DNA of 64,000 nt. It comes from Chlamydiales bacterium (GTDB lineage: Bacteria > Chlamydiota > Chlamydiia > Chlamydiales > JAJFMA01). The stretch is from the NCBI GenBank assembly GCA_030679955.1, contig JAUXSF010000026.1, forward strand, positions 20,428 through 84,427. The letters are read 5' to 3'. Each line of letters starts with the position of its first letter. Positions within the stretch are counted from its first letter, which is position 1. A model generated the notes under the pieces. The model searched no databases. It was not told the DNA's origin and was given only the letters and a program-made list of their open reading frames with translations. Below are positions 54,227-62,301 of this stretch, one piece after another. A program made the position numbers and the translations under genes.

Positions 54227-55768
54227 TTACCCTTGAGCAACCAAGGATTCTTCGTCGGCTAACTCAGGTACGTTATGAATCACGTATTTTGGAGTGATAG
54301 AAGCGTTCTCAGGATTTGCCTGACGCACTCCTTTTTCTAATAGAGCTGTGGCTTCACCACTTCCTTGAACTGACCAGGTCGCATTTTCTGCGTGCATTAA
54401 CGTGAGGAAGGTCTGCATTTCGTTAAATATTGTTGAAATGTTTGCCCCTCGTTGCAGTGCCGCTTGCGTAGCTGAAGCCACGACATAAGAAGCGTAGAAG
54501 CCTGGGCCACGCAAATCAGAGGGTAGCTCGCCCTTAGTTTTCAGCACTGTTGTCAACCGATCTACGATCTGTTGGTCTTTATCGGTCCAGTTTTGAATAT
54601 CCTGAAGTGAGTGTTTTTGAAGTGAAGAGAGCTTGGTCTGAAGAATAGCCTTCGCTACAACCTCGGTCGAGGCAACTGCATTGGCAAAAGAGACGGGGAA
54701 GAAATGAGGAATTCCAAAACGGTCAACTAGCCACAATCTAGCGTCATCTTTACTTGTTTCCTTGGAGATCGCTTGGCTCCATTCTGCGGCTTCTTTGAAC
54801 GGCAGGTTTTTAACCACTGCCGCGGCTAGATAGCCACGAAGTAAGTCGATAGGATGTGGATCATCCATAGAACCAGTGGCTCTGAGTTTTCCGTTTCCTA
54901 GGGCTCGGAAGTATCCAATTAGGCCTGGCCCTGCGCTGGGGCCTAGATTAAGGTAACCACAAACGTCAGAAACAGTTTCATCAATGCAGTTAGACCAGTA
55001 GCTGGCAAGAGAGCGTGATCTGAAGCTCTTATAGACGGCATCATAGACGACTTGTGCCAGCTCGTCGATAAGACCTTCATCCGCGTGGATAACGTCGTGT
55101 CCGCCAGTCTCGTGTCCTAGAGATGTCCACGCTAACAAGCCACCAACGATTTGAGCAGGAGGCAAGCTGACGACAGCACAGCTCATCCCAAGAATCTCAT
55201 TTGTGGCATCGCAAGGCCACGTATAAGGACCGGATTCTGCACTGCCAAACTTAACTAATGGTGGAATGACTCCATATCTAGGTGGTTCTATGGGTCGCCC
55301 TGACTGGGTGCCGGCTCTTACCTCTTCACTCAAAAAGCTATCGTAGAGATCGCTAATGATTTCTTGGAAGGCATTGACTCCAACGGCCTGGAAATTCTGA
55401 TGCGTTAGAATAGCAAGTGCGGCATCAGGAATAATTTGGGCCAGAGTCGCTGAATTCTGATCGGTGGGTTGACGGTTAAAAATCTGATAAAATTTGGTTT
55501 CTCCCAAATTTTTTAAAAATCGAATGAGGGGAGTCGACGCCGTTTGTTGATAAACCTGTGGCAGCGTTGAAGCGGCTCTCTCCAGATCGGATAATAGCGT
55601 TCGGTAATCGTGAGTATATGAATCAAAGGTTGGCACACTTGGAGCGGCAAGATCCGCTTGGCGCACATCTTTGATGCAGTTATTTATGTTGCTGATGTCT
55701 GGTGCAGCTTGTAGGGCCGCTGTCGACACCAAAAGAAGCGTTGCATAACGCAGTGAGAATACATTCAT
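54227..55768 (-). CDS. secreted protein with HExxGH motif (candidate zinc metallohydrolase)
   Basis: ATG at 55768. Signal peptide MNVFSLRYATLLLVSTAALQAAPD. It contains WTSLGHETGGHDVIHADEG (an HExxGH spacing as in M49-type motifs, not the canonical HExxH). No family recognised. Confidence 0.7.
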   Translation of the reverse strand: MNVFSLRYATLLLVSTAALQAAPDISNINNCIKDVRQADLAAPSVPTFDSYTHDYRTLLSDLERAASTLPQVYQQTASTPLIRFLKNLGETKFYQIFNRQPTDQNSATLAQIIPDAALAILTHQNFQAVGVNAFQEIISDLYDSFLSEEVRAGTQSGRPIEPPRYGVIPPLVKFGSAESGPYTWPCDATNEILGMSCAVVSLPPAQIVGGLLAWTSLGHETGGHDVIHADEGLIDELAQVVYDAVYKSFRSRSLASYWSNCIDETVSDVCGYLNLGPSAGPGLIGYFRALGNGKLRATGSMDDPHPIDLLRGYLAAAVVKNLPFKEAAEWSQAISKETSKDDARLWLVDRFGIPHFFPVSFANAVASTEVVAKAILQTKLSSLQKHSLQDIQNWTDKDQQIVDRLTTVLKTKGELPSDLRGPGFYASYVVASATQAALQRGANISTIFNEMQTFLTLMHAENATWSVQGSGEATALLEKGVRQANPENASITPKYVIHNVPELADEESLVAQG

Positions 55769-55910
55769 AGCATAAACCTCGTGATGAGTTTTATCAAAGA
55801 GTTTGAGTTTTGACGCAATGTCTAGCGACAATGATCAATACGAAACAGCATAGTGTTTTTTTTGATAAAAGAAGATAAGAATTTTTTTAGCTCAAGAATG
55901 TCCGAGCCGC

Positions 55911-55938
55911 AAAAAAAAGCCCCGACATCGTCGAGGCT
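55911..55938 (-). terminator. intrinsic terminator (minus strand)
   Basis: On the minus strand, AGCCTCGACGATGTCGGGGCT is followed by TTTTTTTT. It lies 33 nt downstream of the stop at 55971. Confidence 0.55.
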
Positions 55939-55970
55939 TTTAACTCTATTAGGTAAGACAAGAGTTCCTA

Positions 55971-58900
55971 TTACTTGATAAGTCCTAATTCGTGGATGTC
56001 AAATAAATCAGGGCGGCTAACTTCTTTGGCACAATCCGAACCCGCTTTCAGAACGCGGTTAAAAGCCGTTCTCAGGATGTTCTGTTGCTCAATTAGGTGA
56101 TCCCTAAACCAGGTTTTTTTGCCTTCTTCGGAGTCTTTTGCAGCGTAGTTATCAGGCAGTTCTAAGCCTCTGGCTAGGTCCAGTCGGAGCGTGCCGATCT
56201 GTGCTAGAAGATGAGTAGCCTCTTCTCTGCTGGCCTCTAATTTTTGCAATGCCTTAAGTCCACCTTCAGCCACTTGAAATTTTGTTTCTAAGGCTTGGAT
56301 CTGTCTATGCAATTTGTGTTCTTCCTGTACTTCTCTCAGGACATTTAAGTACTGTTGGCCAATGCCGAAGGCAGTCCACATAGCTTCTTCTATGGCTGGA
56401 GTAATCGGATGGCTAGTGTATCCAATCTGTAGTTTTGGCATACCTTTTCCGAACACGCGTCTTCTTACTTGACCTTTGCAGCAAGCACGTGCGATTCGGT
56501 CGCTACCGGAGTACATTTCGATAAGCTCTCGTTTCATTCTATCTACTTCTGCAGGTGTGATACCTCGGTGTGCCTCTGCCTCTTGCAGACGTTGCACCAA
56601 CTCGTCAATTTCTGCATCTTTCTGGCCCAAGGCAGCTTCAAGCTCTTCGACTTTCGCAAGGAGCTCAGCATTCTGCTTTTCTAATTCACCAAGTTCTCCT
56701 CTAACATTTTCGATGATGTCATCTTTGAGCTCGGAGTCAGCTTTGAATCTATTGCCAATCTGTTCCAGAGCCTCAGCTTGGCGTTTATTATCATTGGCTC
56801 CCTGCTCCAATAACTCTAGAATACGTTGGTTTAACTGCTGATTCTCGAGGGTTAGTCTCGCGATTTCACCATTGGCCTTGCTTAGATCAGCGAATAGCTT
56901 AGCATTGGCAATTTCCAATTCTTTAATGCGTTGGCCCATTTGCTCGTCGCGCTCTTGTAGCTCACGAGCCTGACGCTGGCTTAGGTTGCCGCGCTCATTC
57001 AGCTCTCTATCTTTTTTAGCTAATTTCTCTCGCAATGCCTCGATATCTTCCTTTGCTTCGTTTTCTCGTTCCTTCAAGCCATCTATTTCGTTTCGCAGGG
57101 CTTCAATCTGCTGCTGAGCCTCTCGATTGTTTTGTGCACCACCATTGTTGCCCAAAAGTTCGAATAGGCGCTGGAAGTTTTCTTCCATGCTTTTGCGCAG
57201 AGCTTTGGTTGCTTTGGCTTGCTCCGAACTGTCAGCGATTTGCTCGCTAAGAATGCTGATCTCACGCTCGATGCGCTGAATGTCATGGGCTTTGCTCTTC
57301 ACTTCACCTTCTCTCTGACCGAGCAATTTGATGAGTTCTGCGATGTGTTCGTTTAATTTGGCTTGCTCTGTAGCAAAGTGGCGCTGAGTTAACTCATTGC
57401 TCTGCATTTGCTCACGGTAGCCTTGGCGTAGCTGATCGACTTCGTTGCGGATCATTTCAACCACTTGAGAAGGTACAGGTGTGTTGACCTTATCTTCTAA
57501 GCGTCTTATCGCATCTAGGACTTCACCGTCATTGTTTGACTGTTTTAAGGCCACGATAGCGTCATGTAGTGCACGAACAGCCCTATCTTCTATAATGCTA
57601 CCAACAGCCGCCTCATGTAGAGGAGCACCGCCACCCACACCAGGAACGTTGCCCGGAGGTTGTTGAGCATTCTGAAGAGTTTCCGCCAGCGCAGCAATTA
57701 CTCGTGTATTGCTATCTAAAGCCTTATTTTGAGGCGCAAAAAACTCGCCCATCCCTTGGATAATGTCTTGTATTTTCGGCGCGTTATCTTGATTGCCCCT
57801 TACCAAATCGGCTAAAATACGTTGAGTGTTTTGATTAGTCTCCAACAGGCGATCTTGCAATCTAGCGTTGTCTTCCTGAATCTTACTAAACTGTTCCTGG
57901 ATGGTATCCAGACGATTACTTACCTCGCTGCTATCGCTTCTTGGAGAGAGTACAGGACTCACCGTAAGCACTGGAGCGTCAAAGTCATCATCGCTTTCAG
58001 AGTCAGTGTCCGTATCTGCCGTTTCTTTTGGCAGAAGACTTTGGATTATTTCATCTTGAGCTGCAAATCGATCGCTAAGAATCTGGTTTGTTCTTTCGTT
58101 GGCGGCTGTAATTTGTTCAAGTGTTGTTGTGAACAGACCTTGCAGTGCAGCAGATTGCTGCTGAATCGTATTCAGAGCTTGATCTAGCTGTGGGTTTACA
58201 GGAGGCACGACAGGTACATCTAATGCATCTAAGCTGCTCACATTGCTATCGCTGCTGACACTTAGCGGGCTGCTAGCACCAGGAGCTGGTTTCGGTTCTG
58301 GAGTCGAAAGTCTATCGATAAGGTTAGCTTGTTGTTTTAACGTGCCGTCAATTATTGCGTCTTTTTGTGCATTAGCTTCACGTAACTCAGCCTGTAGTCT
58401 AGCGTTTGCATCTTGTAGTGCGTCAAACTGCGCTTGCATCGCTTGTATCTGGCGGTGCTGCAAGTCACTATTCGCTTGGCTTTGCTGGTGCATCGCATCT
58501 AACGCTCTATCAAGTCTATTATCTCTCACGGGAGAAGGGGAGTGACTGGTGATGCTAGTACGGCGGCCTCTACGTTCAGGGCCTTGAGATGGGCTGCTGT
58601 CGCTGGTGCTACCAATGTTGTTATGGCGAGTACGGCTGCGTCCGCGGGAAGGAGATGAAGATGTGGACAAGCTGCTTACGCGTCTGTGTTTTTTGCTCTT
58701 TTTGACTTTTCTTGTGCCGGTACCCGTTCCAGGTTGCCTGCCGTTTACCAGGGCGCTGAGTTGTTGGTACTCTTTTACAGTTTGACGGCGACCCTTACTG
58801 CTGTCTTTATGCTCAATCGCGCTGGCAGCGCCATTTTTTACCCCTTTGGCAGAGACATTGGTTCCGCCAATGGGTGCATTGGTGCCTTGAATAATACCCT

Positions 58901-59117
58901 TTTTCTGGAGCATTGCCAAGATTAGGGTAGTAGCTTGTTCCCATTTTTTTTCGTCTAGAGCTGTGCTCGTTCCTGTGCGATCTTGAACATTCAGCGTAAA
59001 GTAACGTCCATCATGAAGCTGAATAGTATATGACCCATCGCTGTTGACCTCACCATCAAGGACGTAATCAGTAAAAGTACCGGCTCTTCTTAAACCTATA
59101 CCGTTTAAACCATTCAT
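55971..59117 (-). CDS. 1048-aa coiled-coil protein with Arg/Ser-rich basic segment
   Basis: The ORF is long. Residues about 136-201 read RKVKKSKKHRRVSSLSTSSSPSRGRSRTRHNNIGSTSDSSPSQGPERRGRRTSITSHSPSPVRDNR. Heptad-rich Q/E/L/A/N sequence extends for several hundred residues, followed by a distinct C-terminal domain of about 200 aa. Confidence 0.8.
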   Translation of the reverse strand: MNGLNGIGLRRAGTFTDYVLDGEVNSDGSYTIQLHDGRYFTLNVQDRTGTSTALDEKKWEQATTLILAMLQKKGIIQGTNAPIGGTNVSAKGVKNGAASAIEHKDSSKGRRQTVKEYQQLSALVNGRQPGTGTGTRKVKKSKKHRRVSSLSTSSSPSRGRSRTRHNNIGSTSDSSPSQGPERRGRRTSITSHSPSPVRDNRLDRALDAMHQQSQANSDLQHRQIQAMQAQFDALQDANARLQAELREANAQKDAIIDGTLKQQANLIDRLSTPEPKPAPGASSPLSVSSDSNVSSLDALDVPVVPPVNPQLDQALNTIQQQSAALQGLFTTTLEQITAANERTNQILSDRFAAQDEIIQSLLPKETADTDTDSESDDDFDAPVLTVSPVLSPRSDSSEVSNRLDTIQEQFSKIQEDNARLQDRLLETNQNTQRILADLVRGNQDNAPKIQDIIQGMGEFFAPQNKALDSNTRVIAALAETLQNAQQPPGNVPGVGGGAPLHEAAVGSIIEDRAVRALHDAIVALKQSNNDGEVLDAIRRLEDKVNTPVPSQVVEMIRNEVDQLRQGYREQMQSNELTQRHFATEQAKLNEHIAELIKLLGQREGEVKSKAHDIQRIEREISILSEQIADSSEQAKATKALRKSMEENFQRLFELLGNNGGAQNNREAQQQIEALRNEIDGLKERENEAKEDIEALREKLAKKDRELNERGNLSQRQARELQERDEQMGQRIKELEIANAKLFADLSKANGEIARLTLENQQLNQRILELLEQGANDNKRQAEALEQIGNRFKADSELKDDIIENVRGELGELEKQNAELLAKVEELEAALGQKDAEIDELVQRLQEAEAHRGITPAEVDRMKRELIEMYSGSDRIARACCKGQVRRRVFGKGMPKLQIGYTSHPITPAIEEAMWTAFGIGQQYLNVLREVQEEHKLHRQIQALETKFQVAEGGLKALQKLEASREEATHLLAQIGTLRLDLARGLELPDNYAAKDSEEGKKTWFRDHLIEQQNILRTAFNRVLKAGSDCAKEVSRPDLFDIHELGLIK

Positions 59118-59277
59118 GCTTCGTTTTACCTTTGTAATTTACTTTTTAGTAATTTAATTATAAAACTAATATCGATTTAAGTCAATTTAATTAAAAATTT
59201 GTTTATATTAGAATAACGACTGTTTAAGCCTTTTTGGTCGTTTGAGTCCGAGTGCCTCCAAAAAAACCATTTCGTTG

Positions 59278-59306
59278 TTGAAACAAAAGCTTTGTTAGCG
59301 TAATCT
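59278..59306 (+). promoter_or_regulatory. candidate sigma70-type promoter for tRNA-Val (and possibly downstream genes)
   Basis: TTGAAA (59278-59283), a 17-nt spacer, then TAATCT (59301-59306), 13 nt before the tRNA 5' end. Confidence 0.4.
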
Positions 59307-59319
59307 TGTTGGTTCTTGT

Positions 59320-59393
59320 GGGATATTAGCTCAGTTGGTTAGAGCGCCACGTTGACATCGTGGAGGTCAGCTGTTCGAGTCAGCTATATCCCA
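59320..59393 (+). tRNA. tRNA-Val (anticodon GAC)
   Basis: Hand-folded cloverleaf: acceptor GGGATAT/ATATCCC; D arm GCTC-AGTTGGTTA-GAGC; anticodon arm CCACG-TTGACAT-CGTGG; variable loop AGGTC; T arm AGCTG-TTCGAGT-CAGCT; discriminator A. No encoded CCA. Confidence 0.9.
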
Positions 59394-59416
59394 CATTTTT
59401 TTTAATTGCCTTTGAG

Positions 59417-61063
59417 GTGCCTATTTCTTCAGAAGCGCAAGCCATTAGATCGGCTGGGGCAGCGGTTTTATCGATCGCAATACAGCAGATGTTCCCCCGG
59501 GCAGTCATCACATCAACTGATGTCGACGATATCGGGTTTTCCTGTGAGTTTTCTTATCCCGATACACTCGACAGCTCCATTCTGCCATTAGTCGAAGGAC
59601 AAATGATCAGTCTGGTTCACCAGGATCTCGAGTTAACCTCGAGTGAAATGGTTGATACCAATCTTCAGGAGTTCTATCGCTACCATGGGCAGCGGGACCG
59701 TGCCGATTATCTGGACGCCGAAGGTCTTGTAGTTGATGTTGTACGGATTGGAGACTTTTTAGAAGTCGTGCCAGGACCTCACGTTGATTCCCTGCGCCGC
59801 ATCAAGGCAATCAAGTTACTTTCTTTAGAGATCGATGGCACCTTTTTTACCGTAACTGGTGTCACCTTTGGTTCCAAGCAAGAGCTCAAGCACTTTACCA
59901 AACTAGCTGAAAAAGCTGAACGCTGCGATCACCGTCGGCTTGGCAGGGAGTTGGGACTCTACGACACACATTCCGGATCCTATTTTTGGGCACCCAAGGG
60001 ACAGATCGTACGTGAATTATTGTTGGACTGGTGGCGCTCTGAGTTACGATCGGAAGGTTTTCAGTTTATTTCGACGCCAACATTAGTCGACGAAGAACTC
60101 CCGTCAAGCCGCGCCTCCTTACACGCACAACTTTTTGCCAAGAAGCTGCATTCATACCGTGAACTACCGATTCGCTATGCTGAATGTGCGCCAGTTCTTG
60201 ATTCGAAAGGTTCCCATGACACCTTAGGATTGTTTAGACAGCCTGTTTATTACAGTGACGAACAAACTGTTGTTTGTCGCAAAGATCAGGTAGTTGGACT
60301 TTTGATTTCGTCCTTGCAAACGATCAATAAAACCATTACACTACTGGGCTTAAAGTGTCGAGGCCACCGCTACAAACGTGGTAACGCGTTTGCGGGTACA
60401 TTGGCCCAGTGGGACAAGGCTACACGCTATATCGACGAGGCACTAGCTGCCGTTGATAGTGCTGTAGAGTGGCAAGTAGAGACTCCCGCGGGCTTAACAG
60501 GTCCCCGTTTAGAATTTAGATTCCTCGATGCTTTAGAACGTGAGTGGCGCGGACCCTCCCTATGCTTTGATTTTGCCTTGCCAGAAGAATTGGGCTTGCG
60601 CTATCAAGGGAAACAGGATGAGATGGAAGCGCCTCTAGTGTTAATTAGAACCCTTTTTGGTTCTTTTGAGCGTACCATAGCGTTATTAGTAGAGCACTAT
60701 GCCGGCTCCTTACCGCTGTGGTTAGCGCCAGAACAAATCCGTGTGCTGCCTGTCAGTGAAGAGCAGCGCCCATACGCCCTTCAAGTATGCGACACCTGCC
60801 GCAAAGCCGGGTTGCGTGCTGAAGTAGACGAAAGGGATGACAGGCTAGCAGCAAAAGTTTTTGCTGCTGAAGCTGCCAAAGTACCGTTTATCGCCATTGT
60901 AGGCGAACAAGAAGCGCGTGGGGGCATGGTCACAGTGCGCACAGGTCAACGTCGACAACACGGTGATCGTGTGTCTGTCGACTCCCTGGTAGCCCTAGCG
61001 CAAACGAAAACAAAACAAGATAGGTCGTTTTTTGAGAGTCAACAGACAGATCAGAGTTCCTAA
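59417..61063 (+). CDS. threonyl-tRNA-synthetase-like protein lacking the TGS domain and catalytic/editing residues (putative pseudoenzyme)
   Basis: It aligns by eye with ThrRS from the N2 editing domain to the anticodon-binding domain (DHRRLGRELGLY, SYRELPIRYAE, GSFERTIALLVEHYAGSLPLWLAPEQIRVLPV). The catalytic positions are substituted (see findings). The track start at 59360 lies inside the tRNA. The first usable start is GTG 59417; the next ATG is 59489. Confidence 0.7.
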   Translation: MPISSEAQAIRSAGAAVLSIAIQQMFPRAVITSTDVDDIGFSCEFSYPDTLDSSILPLVEGQMISLVHQDLELTSSEMVDTNLQEFYRYHGQRDRADYLDAEGLVVDVVRIGDFLEVVPGPHVDSLRRIKAIKLLSLEIDGTFFTVTGVTFGSKQELKHFTKLAEKAERCDHRRLGRELGLYDTHSGSYFWAPKGQIVRELLLDWWRSELRSEGFQFISTPTLVDEELPSSRASLHAQLFAKKLHSYRELPIRYAECAPVLDSKGSHDTLGLFRQPVYYSDEQTVVCRKDQVVGLLISSLQTINKTITLLGLKCRGHRYKRGNAFAGTLAQWDKATRYIDEALAAVDSAVEWQVETPAGLTGPRLEFRFLDALEREWRGPSLCFDFALPEELGLRYQGKQDEMEAPLVLIRTLFGSFERTIALLVEHYAGSLPLWLAPEQIRVLPVSEEQRPYALQVCDTCRKAGLRAEVDERDDRLAAKVFAAEAAKVPFIAIVGEQEARGGMVTVRTGQRRQHGDRVSVDSLVALAQTKTKQDRSFFESQQTDQSS

Positions 61064-61664
61064 AGTACGGGTTATCAACTCAGCCGGAGAACAAGTCGGC
61101 ATCATCTCAATCGAAGAAGCATGGCGCCTAGCGGAAGATGAAGGCCTCGACCTAGTCGAGATCGTTCCTACCGCCTCGCCACCAGTCTGCAAAGTCATCG
61201 ACTTTGGTAAATTCCGCTACGATCAAACTAAGCGCGAAAAGGAGAGCAAGAAGGCACAACACCAAGTTAAGGTTAAAGAAGTTAAGCTTAAGCCTAACAT
61301 CGACACTCACGACTTTGACACCAAGATGCGCCACGCTCGCGACTTCCTTGCCAAGGGTAATAAAGTTAAAGTTACCTGTACCTTCCGCGGACGCGAAAGA
61401 CTACACCCTGAGATCGGTGAACGTCTGATGCAAAAATTCCACGAAGATTTGGCTGAGGTCGCCTTAGTTGAGTCTCCAGTTGGTATGATGGGACGTATCA
61501 TGCTGATGGTTCTGGCTCCTGGCAAAGCGCAGAAGAAGAAACCTCCTGCCGATAAGCCATCTCCAGCAGAAAAATCGACAGCAGCGGCAGAAAAGCCGGC
61601 AGCAGCAGAAAAGCCTGTTGCCGATAAACCAGCAGCAGCGCCTACCGCTGAAGGTGCTGAATAA
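61032..61664 (+). CDS. infC: translation initiation factor IF-3 with Ala/Pro/Lys-rich C-terminal extension
   Basis: VNRQIRVPKVRVINSAGEQVGIISIEEAWRLAEDEGLDLVEIVPTASPPVCKVIDFGKFRY...KVKEVKLKPNIDTHDF is canonical IF3. Only TTG (61032) or ATA (61020) are available as starts after the in-frame stop at 60996. It overlaps the thrS-like 3' end. Confidence 0.85.
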   Translation: MRVNRQIRVPKVRVINSAGEQVGIISIEEAWRLAEDEGLDLVEIVPTASPPVCKVIDFGKFRYDQTKREKESKKAQHQVKVKEVKLKPNIDTHDFDTKMRHARDFLAKGNKVKVTCTFRGRERLHPEIGERLMQKFHEDLAEVALVESPVGMMGRIMLMVLAPGKAQKKKPPADKPSPAEKSTAAAEKPAAAEKPVADKPAAAPTAEGAE

Positions 61665-61676
61665 AGCACCAAAAAG

Positions 61677-61750
61677 GGGCTTTAGAGACCATAGGGACCA
61701 TAGCGACATTATTTTGTCTCCAAGGTATTTATAGTCACTAAAGTCCCTTT
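61677..61750. repeat. degenerate family A element, copy A4
   Basis: GGGCTTTAGAGACCATAGGGACCATAGCGAC...GTCACTAAAGTCCC has imperfect arms with the same GGGAC/TAGAGAC words. It starts 13 nt after the infC stop. Confidence 0.5.
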
Positions 61751-62020
61751 CTTTTCTGTAAAAAGAATATTTTTCTTAGGGGGACCACACCCTCCAATAA
61801 TCTTCTTTTTTCCTCTTATATTTCATTGCAATCAATTCAACAAAATGGCATCATTCGGTGCAAGCTCCTATTCGTGTAACCTGTTTCATATTGCTCAAGA
61901 GCATTTATGAAAGCCTATTAGTGTGAAACTCAGAGAGTTGCGCTCTAGGTAGGTGAAATTGGATAGAAGACAACGAATAATGGAAACATGCATTAGGGCG
62001 TAAAGACAGGAGATCAGACT

Positions 62021-62215
62021 GTGCCTAAAATGAAGACCCGCAAAGCCGTGGTGGCTCGGTTCAAAGTCACGGCGACAGGCAAGTTACTACGTCGTAAACC
62101 GGGTAAGCGTCACATCTTGACTAAGAAGACTGCCAAGCGAAAGCGCCAACTCAGTACGCCTGCGTTAGTATCTGACGGCCAATTGAAGATGTACAAGCTA
62201 CAAATGGGCGTATAG
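62021..62215 (+). CDS. rpmI: 50S ribosomal protein L35
   Basis: MPKMKTRKAVVARFKVTATGKLLRRKPGKRHILTKK... GTG start at 62021 lies 7 nt after AGGAGA. Confidence 0.9.
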   Translation: MPKMKTRKAVVARFKVTATGKLLRRKPGKRHILTKKTAKRKRQLSTPALVSDGQLKMYKLQMGV

Positions 62216-62246
62216 CAACGTTTACAAGAGCGAGGGGAGCCTGGCT

Positions 62247-62301
62247 GCGTTAAGCAGCATGTGCAACCCTTGTGAGAGGCGGACAAGGGATTGGTTAACG
62301 C
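62247..62301 (+). promoter_or_regulatory. nested stem-loop in the rpmI-rplT spacer (possible regulatory structure)
   Basis: The outer stem GCGTTAA (62247-62253) / TTAACGC (62295-62301) encloses the inner stem CCCTTGT (62267-62273) / ACAAGGG (62283-62289). Confidence 0.35.

Noticed and set aside
56469-58545. Several plus-strand ORFs antisense to the 1048-aa coiled-coil gene.
   Set aside because: This is typical antisense openness of a long, codon-biased coiled-coil gene. The ORFs have no SD sites and their products are Ser/Cys/Leu-rich nonsense.
61152-61709. Antisense and alternative-frame ORFs over infC and its tail (61152-61334, 61204-61428, 61307-61672, 61464-61709).
   Set aside because: They are artefacts of the GC-rich Ala/Pro/Lys repeat region and repeat A4. 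infC in the sense frame is unambiguous.
1201-61750. Possibility that the recurring palindromic words (families A-C) form a CRISPR array.
   Set aside because: Copies are tens of kb apart and occur singly in separate intergenic gaps. Each is an inverted repeat rather than a direct repeat with regular spacers. No cas genes are present.
61845-61910. 21-codon ORF (MASFGASSYSCNLFHIAQEHL) in the infC-rpmI spacer as a leader peptide.
   Set aside because: It has no SD and no codon pattern relevant to attenuation. It is indistinguishable from a chance ORF.
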